Source: Acidobacteriota bacterium
GTDB taxonomy: Bacteria; Acidobacteriota; UBA6911; JACQTF01
DNA: 60,913 bases
NCBI GenBank assembly: GCA_016210925.1
Contig: JACQTF010000179.1
Location: 1-60,913 of the forward strand
Reading direction: 5' to 3'
In this document: in pieces, positions 17,925 to 26,762 of the stretch
Numbering within the stretch: the first letter of the stretch is position 1
Layout of the letters: the number at the start of each line of letters is the position of its first letter
Position numbers and translations under genes: made by a program
Notes under the pieces: model-generated
Told to the model about the DNA's origin: nothing
What the model saw: only the letters and a program-made list of their open reading frames with translations
Database searches by the model: none

Positions 17925-20369
17925 CTATTGTTGCTGCTGAGCTTCGCCGCCCACCGGGGGGATCCAATCCTCCTTCAGAAGCTTCTCCGGGTCCCCAAAG
18001 CGTGCCACCGCAGCATGAATGTCCGGATCGTCCAGGTAGGCGACATGCCCGTTGACGATCACGTCTTTGACCAGTCCGGCTCCCTCCACGGTCAAAATGG
18101 GAAAATATTGCTGGTATTCCCAGGTACGAATCCCCTCCGAGGTTCCAAAGGTGAGGGTCAAAACCCCGGAGCGCTGGCCGCCTGCATACCACGACCACAA
18201 AAAGGCGGAGCCCTTGAGCTGGCCGGTCGCGGGAAGACGGAAGGCAGCGGGACTCATTCCCCAACTCAAGGAGAGCAGAGCGTCCCCTATCTGCTGCACG
18301 GAAGCTGAAGCCTCACCTTCGAAGCGCTGGACCCGGCCCTGTTCGATCGCCAATTTCAGTGGCGCGGTAGCACCTGTGAGAAGGTTGTTGGTGACCACCT
18401 GCCCTTTTGCGAAACCGTCGGGCTTCGGAAACAGAGTGACGGTCACCTGGGGCGGGAAGTGAAGCAGCCCGTGATCGGGGAGATCGAGTCCCTCCACGTT
18501 TTTGCGGTCCACGGGCTGAACGTCTAACATCAACTCGGTTCCCCGGCGGTCCAGCAGGGTCACGCTGTGGAGGCTCCGGACCTCTTCCAGCAGCTTCTCC
18601 ACCATGGCCCGGGGCACCTCGGTGCCCTGGAGGGCCCACCGGGAAGCAAAGATTTCAGGCAGCGCTACCACACTGACGAACCGGACCTGCTGCTCTGCCA
18701 GCCATTGAGCAAACGGTTTCTGATCCTGGCGCATCCCTCGGACAGGCAAGTAGGTGGTGCTCAGGACAAATTTCGTCCGCGCCACTTCCCCCCACAGGTC
18801 CGGCGGGAGGGTCCTGGATCGGAGCTGCTGCCAGGCCTGCAGCGGCGTACCGGAAAACGCGGGGGGCTCCACCTCGCGGGTCACTACGCGACACTTTTGT
18901 TCCCTCAACGCTTTGACCAGGGCTTCGTTGACCAGAGCGGGAACGGAGGCATCGGTGATGAGCAGCACGTCAGAACCCTCCGGCGCCCGCAAGGATCGGG
19001 TGACACACAGCCGGGCCGCCTCCATGAGCTCTTCCACGCTGCCGGGTTTCTTCACGGACGGAGCCCTGGGTTCCGGCAGTGGCACCTGTTCCGCGCCGAA
19101 CATGGTGCACTGCTCCACCAGCAGCACCGGATCACCGTAAGCAGAAGCCACCTTCAGCACGTCCGGCGCGTCCAGCGCCACCACGTGGCCGTCGCGGATG
19201 AAAGGACGTCCGGCCTGGAAGAGCGACGGAAAGAAGATCATCATCTCGAATTCCCGGCTCCCGCGCCGCTGCCGGAAGTGCAGGGTGACGACGCCGCTGC
19301 GCTGGTGCCCGCCCAGCTCGCCCAGCAGACGCGCCGGTCCCACGGAGGAAGGGCTCGCCACGCGGAAAGGTTTGGGATTCAGGTTCCAGGACAGGCCGGA
19401 GAATTCGTAGGGGGCCTCTCCCCGATTTTTCACGTATTCACCCCACGTTCCCCCGCCCTCCACCCGCAGTAGCCTTCCCTCGGAAAGGGAGAGCCGCGTT
19501 AACGGCACCATCCCTGCAGGGGCGCTGTGAGCCACCAGCGTGCCCGCTCCCGTCCCCTTCCGCGCCATCAGGCGCACGCGATAGTTGGGGGGGAAGAAGA
19601 GCAACGTTCCCGTGGGGGCAGGGTCAAACTCAGGTGCCGCCGCACTCGCTTCAAAGCGAAAAGAGGATCCAGCCGGGTCCTGCAGCAGGATCAGGCCGCC
19701 GCGCAGAAGTTGCCGGCTTTGCTCCTGGTAGGTGGCTTGCAGAACATCCTTGGGATACGCGGCCCACGGCGCCGCCAATACCTCCGGGACGGCGGTGACC
19801 AGGACCATTCGGAGCCCGTGCCTTCTGAGAAAGCCCTCCAGGTCCATTGCCTCCCGCTGGAAGGCGTGGGGGTTCAGGTATGAAAGCGAGACGATAACCC
19901 CGCTCTCCTTCGCAGCTCGCCAGATCTCCTCGGGCCACCAATCGCGGGCATGGTACGCCTCGTGAAGCCCCGTCAGCGACTCGCCCCGTTTCCATGCGGA
20001 ACGGGGCTCGCCCTTCGAGGTCGAAATCGGGATCCGAAATTCCCTCACTGAAACGCCCCGTTCCGACGCAGCCCGAAGGAAGGCCCGGCGCACCAGCTCG
20101 GAGGTGGTGGAGTCGGACACCAAAAGCATCCGATCCCCGGACCGCAGCTCCAACCAGTCCTCCAGCAGACGACGCGCCGGCCGCACGAGCTGGAGTTCGC
20201 TGAAAACGACCGGAGGCTTCACGGGCCGGATGTAGTCGGGCAGGTAATAGCCTCCGGGCATGCGGGGCCCCTGCTTCCCGTCCATCCCTTCCGCGCCCAA
20301 AACCAGCAAAAGCACTGAACCGAACCAAACGCACCCCCGAAGCACTTGTGACATGAATGGCTGCCTCAC
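17925..20369 (-). CDS. exported two-domain (tandem-duplicated) member of the uncharacterised family, paralogue 4, His motifs degenerate
   Basis: 814 aa with a signal peptide. Both halves align to paralogue 1 and end in ...GHVVALDAPDV..ASAYGDP and ...GHVAYLDDPDIHAAVARFGDPEKLLKEDWIPP. SGVIHWGFG is replaced by SGVVTLHFR/SGVLTLTFG, and HFHIH by EFEMM/WEYQQ. Confidence 0.8.
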   Translation of the reverse strand: MRQPFMSQVLRGCVWFGSVLLLVLGAEGMDGKQGPRMPGGYYLPDYIRPVKPPVVFSELQLVRPARRLLEDWLELRSGDRMLLVSDSTTSELVRRAFLRAASERGVSVREFRIPISTSKGEPRSAWKRGESLTGLHEAYHARDWWPEEIWRAAKESGVIVSLSYLNPHAFQREAMDLEGFLRRHGLRMVLVTAVPEVLAAPWAAYPKDVLQATYQEQSRQLLRGGLILLQDPAGSSFRFEASAAAPEFDPAPTGTLLFFPPNYRVRLMARKGTGAGTLVAHSAPAGMVPLTRLSLSEGRLLRVEGGGTWGEYVKNRGEAPYEFSGLSWNLNPKPFRVASPSSVGPARLLGELGGHQRSGVVTLHFRQRRGSREFEMMIFFPSLFQAGRPFIRDGHVVALDAPDVLKVASAYGDPVLLVEQCTMFGAEQVPLPEPRAPSVKKPGSVEELMEAARLCVTRSLRAPEGSDVLLITDASVPALVNEALVKALREQKCRVVTREVEPPAFSGTPLQAWQQLRSRTLPPDLWGEVARTKFVLSTTYLPVRGMRQDQKPFAQWLAEQQVRFVSVVALPEIFASRWALQGTEVPRAMVEKLLEEVRSLHSVTLLDRRGTELMLDVQPVDRKNVEGLDLPDHGLLHFPPQVTVTLFPKPDGFAKGQVVTNNLLTGATAPLKLAIEQGRVQRFEGEASASVQQIGDALLSLSWGMSPAAFRLPATGQLKGSAFLWSWYAGGQRSGVLTLTFGTSEGIRTWEYQQYFPILTVEGAGLVKDVIVNGHVAYLDDPDIHAAVARFGDPEKLLKEDWIPPVGGEAQQQQ

Positions 20370-20657
20370 TCTCGACTCCCTGTGGGTTTTCGTGCGGACC
20401 GAATCCAGGCTCCAAGGAGAACGCCTGCCTGGAGCCCTCTTGATTCACAAAAGACGGATTATATATGCTCCCTCGGGTGAAACGGCGGCCAAAATCAAAG
20501 AAGATCCAGGCCGTGCCGCTTAAGATGCGATCTCTTGCGGAAACGAGTTTACCTTTTCCGAAAGAGCAGTGACAAGCCCCGATCCGTCCGTAACGGGCCC
20601 GTATCCCCACGTCGGACCTTCCGCTATACTGAGGATGTCGACTGACTTACGGAGCTT

Positions 20658-20696
20658 TCACGAACGGAGCACCTTCCAGGTGCTCCTCGTTCGTGA
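20658..20696. promoter_or_regulatory. 16-bp interrupted palindrome in the divergent intergenic region upstream of the RND operon
   Basis: tcacgaacggagcacc-ttcca-ggtgctcc(tc)gttcgtga has 8+8 bp with a 2-nt bulge. A second 7-bp hairpin, ggattcg...cgaatcc, follows at about 20712..20738. No T-run on either side. Confidence 0.45.
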
Positions 20697-20903
20697 AGGA
20701 TGAAAACAGATGGATTCGGAGCGTTGGAGCACGAATCCGGTCCTGAGCTAACTTGCCAGCAGCTCTCGTCGACGGATCGGGGCCTGGTGTAAGGCCTTGA
20801 TTTTGCTGAAAGTTTTGTGAAACATGGGCCGAGGGAGACGCGTAACTGAGTATGGACGTTTTCCATGGTTTTTTCTGTTTGGCAACGGAGGGCATTCATT
20901 TCA

Positions 20904-22184
20904 ATGACAGGAACCGGGAAGAAAGCCGTGACGGCGAAGGGCGGATTCCTATGGGCGGGGCTCGCGGCGGTGGTCCTTCTGGCCGGCTGTTCGCAGAACT
21001 CAACGGAAGCGCGCGCGTCGCGAGGGAAAGGGCCCGGAGCGGTGGACCCGCCCCAGAACGTCCCGGTGATCGAGTTGGAGACGCGCGAGGTTCGCCGGGT
21101 CGTGAACGCGGTGGGCAGCTTGTGGCCTTTCGACCAGGTCACGGTCAGCTCGGAGGTGGAAGGGCATGTGCAGCAGATTCTTGCCGACGTGGGCGATCTG
21201 GTACGGGAAAGCCAGGTGCTCGTCAAACTGAGCCCTGAAGAACTCCAGTACGAGCTCGACCAGCAGACCGCCGCCTTGAGACAGGCTATGGTCCGGCTGG
21301 GACTGTCGAGCGAGGAAGCGTCGCCGGGCGATCCGGAGGAGCTTCCGGAGGTCAAAAGGGCTGCAGCCATCCTCATCGAAGCCGAACAGAAACTGGAAAG
21401 GGCCCGCGAATTGCATGAGCGTAACCTCATCTCCAAACAGCAACTGGATGAAGCCGAGGCCCGTTTCCGCGTAGCTCAGGCGGAGCGCGACGCGATTTTT
21501 CAGCAGGTGAGACACACGCAGGCTTTGGTGCAACAATACCGAGCGAGCGTCGCGCTGGCACGCAAGAAGCTTCGGGACACGGAGATCCGCGCGCCGTTCG
21601 CCGGGGCGGTCCGAGAGCGGCTGGTCTCGGTCGGACAGTCCCTGAACGTCCGGTCCCCGGTCATGACCCTGGTGAAACTCGATCCGTTGAAGCTGCGGGC
21701 CGATGTGCCCGAAAAAATGAGTCCCTGGGTTCGGATCGGCCAGGTCGTTGAGGTGGGGGTCGAGGCCTATCCGAACCAGGTTTTTTCGGGAAAGATCAGC
21801 CGCCTGGTGCCGGCCGTCAGCGAGGACTCACGCAGCTTGACGGTGGAAGCGCTCGTGGACAACAGGCAAGGCCTTCTGAAACCGGGTTTTTTCGCCAAGG
21901 TGAAACTGACCACCGAGAAAGCTGACTCGATTCACCTCTTACCGGAGTCCGCCACCGCCTACGCCTACGGCGTACACAAAGCGTTCGCGGTGGAAAACGG
22001 CCGCGTCAAGGAGCGCGATCTCAGCCTGGGAGAGCGGTTTGGCGACCAGGTGGAAATCCTTTCAGGAATCCGGCCGGGAGAGTGGGTGGCGCTTCAGCCG
22101 CAGGGGTTGAAAGACGGACAAGCCGTCACCATCCAAACCTCTAAGAGCGGAGTCCACGAGGAGGATCACGATGTACATCGCTGA
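20904..22184 (+). CDS. RND efflux membrane fusion protein (HlyD/AcrA family lipoprotein)
   Basis: Start trimmed to ATG 20904 (MTGTGKK...VVLLAGCSQ lipobox). Coiled-coil hairpin region and beta-barrel motifs present. 14-nt overlap with the RND permease gene. Confidence 0.85.
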   Translation: MTGTGKKAVTAKGGFLWAGLAAVVLLAGCSQNSTEARASRGKGPGAVDPPQNVPVIELETREVRRVVNAVGSLWPFDQVTVSSEVEGHVQQILADVGDLVRESQVLVKLSPEELQYELDQQTAALRQAMVRLGLSSEEASPGDPEELPEVKRAAAILIEAEQKLERARELHERNLISKQQLDEAEARFRVAQAERDAIFQQVRHTQALVQQYRASVALARKKLRDTEIRAPFAGAVRERLVSVGQSLNVRSPVMTLVKLDPLKLRADVPEKMSPWVRIGQVVEVGVEAYPNQVFSGKISRLVPAVSEDSRSLTVEALVDNRQGLLKPGFFAKVKLTTEKADSIHLLPESATAYAYGVHKAFAVENGRVKERDLSLGERFGDQVEILSGIRPGEWVALQPQGLKDGQAVTIQTSKSGVHEEDHDVHR

Positions 22185-25100
22185 TCTGTGTGTGCGGCGC
22201 CCGGTCTTCGCCACCATGTTGATCTCCTTCCTGGTGGTCCTTGGGGTCTTTTCCTTCCTGGACCTGGGAGTGGACCTGTTTCCCAAGGCTGAGTTCCCCA
22301 TGGTCATGGTGGTGGTCCGGCTGCCCGGGGCCAGCCCTGAGGAGGTGAACAGCCAGATCGTCCTGCCTTTAGAGGAACAGCTCAGCACCATCAGCGGGTT
22401 GGACGAGCTGAACTCCACGGCCCAAGAGGGCTCCGCGCGAGTCCACTGCAGGTTCGTTTTGGAAAGAGACATGGAGGACGCCGCGCAGGACGTTCGAGAA
22501 AAGGTCTCATTGGCCATATCGCGATTTCCTCCCGGGGTCCAGCCTCCGGTGATTCGCAAGATGGATCCGGACGCGGCGCCCATCCTCCAGCTCGTGGTGG
22601 CAGGTCAACGTGATCTGCGGGAGATCACGGAAATCGCCGAAAAGCAGGTCAAGCGGGCGTTGGAGACCGTAGACGGCGTGGCGGGCGTGGACGTGGTCGG
22701 GGGTCGCGCCCGCGAAATCATCGTCGAGTTGGACGCTGAGAAGCTCAACGCCCAGAGCCTCACCATTCAACAGGTCCGGGACGCCCTTCAGCGGGAAAAT
22801 GTGGACATTCCCGGCGGCCAGATCGTCCAGGGGAGCAACGAGCTTACCCTTCGCACCGAAGGCCGGGTGAACGCCGTCGGCGAGTTCTCGGACATCGTCG
22901 TGACCACCCGGCGGGGCTTTCCGCTCAAGATCTCCGACCTGGGCCAGGTCAAAGATTCATTCCAGCAGCCGCGCAGCTTCGCCCACCTGGATGGGAAGTC
23001 GGCGGTGACCTTGATGGTGCGGCGCCAGTCAGGAACCAACACCGTCAAAATCGTGGACCAGGTCCGGGAGAAACTCCGGCAAATCGAGCGCACGCTGCCT
23101 TCCGGTCTCAGCCTCCAGGTCATTCAGGACCAGTCCCAGTTTATCCGCGCCTCCGTTCAAGCTCTGGAAGAGCATCTCTTGCTGGGCAGCCTGTTCGCCA
23201 GCCTGGTGATCCTGCTGTTCATTCGCAATCTGCGGTCGGTGCTCATCGCCTCCGTTGCGATTCCGACCTCGATCATCGCCACTTTCACCGTCATGCGGGG
23301 TTTCGACTTCACCCTGAACAGCATGACCCTGCTGGCACTCACCCTGGCCGTCGGCATCGTCATCGATGACGCCATTGTGGTGCTGGAGAACATCTTCCGA
23401 TACGTGGAGGAGCTAAAGTACAAGCCCCGCCTGGCAGCCGTGGAAGCCACCCGAGAGATCGGGCTCGCGGTCATGGCCACCACACTCTCGCTGGTCATCA
23501 TTTTCGTTCCGGTCGCTTTCATGACCGGTTTCGCCGCCCGCTATTTGAATGCGTTTGGTTGGACCATGGCGTCCGCCATCCTGGTCTCACTGCTGGTCAG
23601 CTTCACGCTCACGCCCATGCTCAGCTCTCGATTTCTCCGGGAGATTCCCGAAGGCTCCGAAGGTCCTCACGGCGGCTCCAAGAAAACAGCTTTTTTTGCC
23701 TTCCTCGAACGTCGCTATCTGAAGGCCCTGGGCTGGGCATTGAATCACCGTCTGGCCATCGTTGCCCTGAGCCTGCTGGTCTTTCTTTCCACTTTTCCCC
23801 TGGCGCAGCGCGTCGGTCGCGATTGGATCCCGACGGATGACCGGGGCGAGTTTATGATCCACCTGGACGTCCCGGAGGGGACTTCCGTCGAAGGAACGCA
23901 GCAAGTATCTGCGCAGATCGAACCGCTGCTGTCCCGTCTGCCCGGTGTCGCCCACGTGTTGTCCTCCACCGGCGAGCGAGTCACGCACCTGCACATATCG
24001 GTCCAACTCGTGCCTCCGGAACAGCGGCCGGTCAACCAGTTTGAGGTCGCCGACCTGGCACGGGAGGCGCTGCAGAATTTTCCCAAGACCATCTACAGGA
24101 TCTCGTTCGTGTCGGCACTGGGAGGCGGAGAATTTGCAGGGTTCCCGATTAATTTGAATCTCCGGGGTCCGGACTTGCAGCGCCTGGGAACATTGGCCTT
24201 GCGCGCCGCCGACGAGATGCGAAAGCTGCCGGGCTTCGGCGAGGTTGAAGCTTCCTTCTACGTCAGCAGTCCCGAGTTGAAGGTCCGGGTGGACCGGGAG
24301 CGGGCTGCAGACCTCGGCGTGAGGATCTCGGATGTGGCAGGAGCCCTTCGGTTGATGATCAGTGGAGAAGACGAGATCACCACGTACCGGGAAGCAGGCG
24401 AGCAATACCCTGTCAAAATGAGGGTGCTGGAAGAGCAGCGCACAGATCCCAAACGCGTCGCCAGTCTCATGGTCCCTTCCTCGAGGTTGGGGCTCGTGCG
24501 GGTCGACAGCGTCGCGCAGATCGAACGCGGGCTGGGGCCGACCCGCATCCCTCGTTTCAATCGACAGTACGTCGTGGGCATCTCCGCGGCCCTGGCTCAG
24601 GGGACGCCTTTGGATCAAGCTGCCCGACAGACCCAAGCCATCCTGGATGGCTTGGAGCTTCCCGCGGGATATGACTATCGCTTCGGCGGACAGGTGAAGG
24701 CCCTGGAGGAAACGACTCGCAATTTGGTGCTTGCCTTCCTGCTGGCTTCCATCTTCATGTACATGGTGCTGGCCGCCCAGTTCGAGAGTTTTGTCCACCC
24801 ATTCATTATCATGCTCGCACTGCCCTTGAGCGTTCCGTTCGCCTTGCTGTCCCTCTACTTGACCGGCAGGACTTTGAACCTGTGGAGCACCCTGGGCGTT
24901 CTGCTCCTGCTGGGCATCGTCAAGAAGAACTCCATCCTCCAGGTGGACTACACCAACAGGCTTCGCGCCAGAGGGATGAACCTACGCGATGCCCTGATGG
25001 AAGCCAATCGGGCCCGTCTCCGGCCTATCCTGATGACCACCTTCGCGATTGTGGCCGGCTTGATTCCTACCGCACTGGGAGGCGGATCAGGCGCCGCCCA

Positions 25101-25287
25101 ACGGTCGGCCATCGCCATCACCATCATCGGGGGACAAATGCTGTGCCTCTTCTTGACCCTCCTGTTGACCCCGGTGGCCTATTCCCTACAGGCCAGCTTC
25201 GCTGTGAGCTCCCTGGCGGCGAGATTTCAGCTGGGGCTGATGCGCTTGCGCACCCAGGCGGGACGCGCCCTCAGCTCCCTCCTTTAG
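22171..25287 (+). CDS. RND efflux permease (AcrB/HAE family)
   Basis: 1038 aa. N-terminal MYIADLCVRRPVFATMLISFLVVLG. 12-TM architecture with two large periplasmic loops and typical AIVVLENI motifs. Confidence 0.92.
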   Translation: MYIADLCVRRPVFATMLISFLVVLGVFSFLDLGVDLFPKAEFPMVMVVVRLPGASPEEVNSQIVLPLEEQLSTISGLDELNSTAQEGSARVHCRFVLERDMEDAAQDVREKVSLAISRFPPGVQPPVIRKMDPDAAPILQLVVAGQRDLREITEIAEKQVKRALETVDGVAGVDVVGGRAREIIVELDAEKLNAQSLTIQQVRDALQRENVDIPGGQIVQGSNELTLRTEGRVNAVGEFSDIVVTTRRGFPLKISDLGQVKDSFQQPRSFAHLDGKSAVTLMVRRQSGTNTVKIVDQVREKLRQIERTLPSGLSLQVIQDQSQFIRASVQALEEHLLLGSLFASLVILLFIRNLRSVLIASVAIPTSIIATFTVMRGFDFTLNSMTLLALTLAVGIVIDDAIVVLENIFRYVEELKYKPRLAAVEATREIGLAVMATTLSLVIIFVPVAFMTGFAARYLNAFGWTMASAILVSLLVSFTLTPMLSSRFLREIPEGSEGPHGGSKKTAFFAFLERRYLKALGWALNHRLAIVALSLLVFLSTFPLAQRVGRDWIPTDDRGEFMIHLDVPEGTSVEGTQQVSAQIEPLLSRLPGVAHVLSSTGERVTHLHISVQLVPPEQRPVNQFEVADLAREALQNFPKTIYRISFVSALGGGEFAGFPINLNLRGPDLQRLGTLALRAADEMRKLPGFGEVEASFYVSSPELKVRVDRERAADLGVRISDVAGALRLMISGEDEITTYREAGEQYPVKMRVLEEQRTDPKRVASLMVPSSRLGLVRVDSVAQIERGLGPTRIPRFNRQYVVGISAALAQGTPLDQAARQTQAILDGLELPAGYDYRFGGQVKALEETTRNLVLAFLLASIFMYMVLAAQFESFVHPFIIMLALPLSVPFALLSLYLTGRTLNLWSTLGVLLLLGIVKKNSILQVDYTNRLRARGMNLRDALMEANRARLRPILMTTFAIVAGLIPTALGGGSGAAQRSAIAITIIGGQMLCLFLTLLLTPVAYSLQASFAVSSLAARFQLGLMRLRTQAGRALSSLL

Positions 25288-25643
25288 TAAAGCGTCCCTG
25301 CTTAATCCCGGGCAACGATCCCTGGCGTCTTGCCTGCGCCGGAGGTCTTTTTGAAAAAGGATTGAATTTGGCCGGCCACTCCGCCGTAATTAGGTAGGAC
25401 AAGGAACGGCAGGGCGCCGGTTCGAGGTCTTTTTTCCAGAAAAACGCCCGTTAAATTTCGAAACACCGCTGCAACTGGTCTTCACCCGCAGAATCGTGGA
25501 TCCCCGCCTGGGAGCCCGGACCACCGGGAAACTGGGAGAGTGGAACCTGGGCCTTCTCGTGGCGGACGATTCCCGGCCCCGGGACGGCTCCGGGGAACGC
25601 CTGCAGGGAAAACTCTTGACAGTCGGCTCCGTTGCGTGGGAAG

Positions 25644-26131
25644 GTGGCGGAGGTGTCCGAGCGACTGGTGGTGACGGGAGACGCGCCGCTGGTGAACACC
25701 ACCCACGCCACGGTTCCCACCGTGATCCCGGTGAAAAGCTTTCTCGATGTGGGAGTCAAGCCCTCTCTCGAATGGGGTGGCGGACAGCCCGAGGGCCTGT
25801 CCTCGGCCCCGTGGAATCTGGAGAAGCTCATTACCAGAAAGGACGAGGCAGGGAAGGTTTGGGGAGCCCACGAGAAGATTGATCGAAAGCAGGCCCTGTG
25901 CATGATGACCAATTGGTCCTCCTATTACACCAGCGAGCGGAAGATGCTGGGTACAATTGAGGTAAGGAACGTGGGCAGATTTCGTCGTGCTCAGCGGCGA
26001 CTACCTGACGGTCCCTGAAGATGAGATCGCTGAGATGACCGTTTTGATGAACGGTGACGGGCGGCAAGGTCATGTACGAGTGGAAGCCGCGGGACAAGCC
26101 CAGCCGGAGCCGAGACAGAGACGACATTTGA
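25644..26131 (+). pseudogene. chimeric remnant: TBDR N-terminal fragment fused to a frameshifted amidohydrolase C-terminal fragment
   Basis: VAEVSERLVVTGDAPLVNTT matches the TBDR segment GEITERVVVTGEASMVETT. It is followed directly by IPVKSFLDVGVKP...EKLITRKDEAGKVWGAHEKIDRKQALCMMTNW, which matches the C-terminus of 26763..28565. Reading on to ADFVVLSGDYLTVPEDEIAEM and TVTGGKVMYEW needs two frameshifts. Confidence 0.55.
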
Positions 26132-26162
26132 GGAAAGGAAAAAAACATGACCAGAACCCATC

Positions 26163-26522
26163 ATGATTTGTTTTTTCGGGATCGCTCTGCCGGTTTTGTG
26201 GCCCGCGTGGGCCGCGGACAATGCCGATGTCGCGGGGACGTGGAAGGTCACCACGGAGAGCCAATTCGGCAAGCAGGAAGGGCAACTGGCCTTACAGCAG
26301 GATGCGGCAGGCAAGCTGGAGGGTCGCTACCAGTATGACGGTAAGGAGACCGACGTGTCGGGCCAGGTGACGGGCGATCAGATTGAGCTGAAGATGACCG
26401 TCGAAACCCGCGGCGGGTCCGTCGAACGGACGCTGACCGGCACCGTCCAGGGCAACTCCATGACCGGCACTTTTAAGACGCGCGGCGGCCAGGGGAAGTG
26501 GTCGGCCACCAAGGCCGAGTGA
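26163..26522 (+). CDS. small exported hypothetical protein
   Basis: 119-aa ORF with a short signal peptide MICFFGIALPVLWPAWA. The mature part is beta-rich (GTWKVTTESQFGKQEG...GTVQGNSMTGTFKT). No family recognised. Confidence 0.55.
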   Translation: MICFFGIALPVLWPAWAADNADVAGTWKVTTESQFGKQEGQLALQQDAAGKLEGRYQYDGKETDVSGQVTGDQIELKMTVETRGGSVERTLTGTVQGNSMTGTFKTRGGQGKWSATKAE

Positions 26523-26611
26523 CTCCCAGCAGGCCAGCCTGGCAGCTCGGAAGCACCAAGATGATTCAGGCAGTGCCGGCCCAGGATGCCTTCCATCGTG
26601 CCCGGCGCTGA

Positions 26612-26716
26612 CGGCATTTGATCGGCGTGGCAGACCCATTGCGACTGCGGGTAAGCATCACGGACACCACGACCACTTCCCGACAGATTCAATTCGGCGT
26701 CAAGATCCTCTTTTAA
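26612..26716 (+). pseudogene. TonB-dependent receptor C-terminal remnant
   Basis: The frame ends ...VSITDTTTTSRQIQFGVKILF-TAA (stop 26714..26716). This matches the last ~20 aa of the intact TBDRs. An in-frame TGA lies at 26609. Confidence 0.6.
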
Positions 26717-26762
26717 ATCAGGTCCGGTAAGAATCCGGATTGGATTTTTTAAGGAAGGGACG

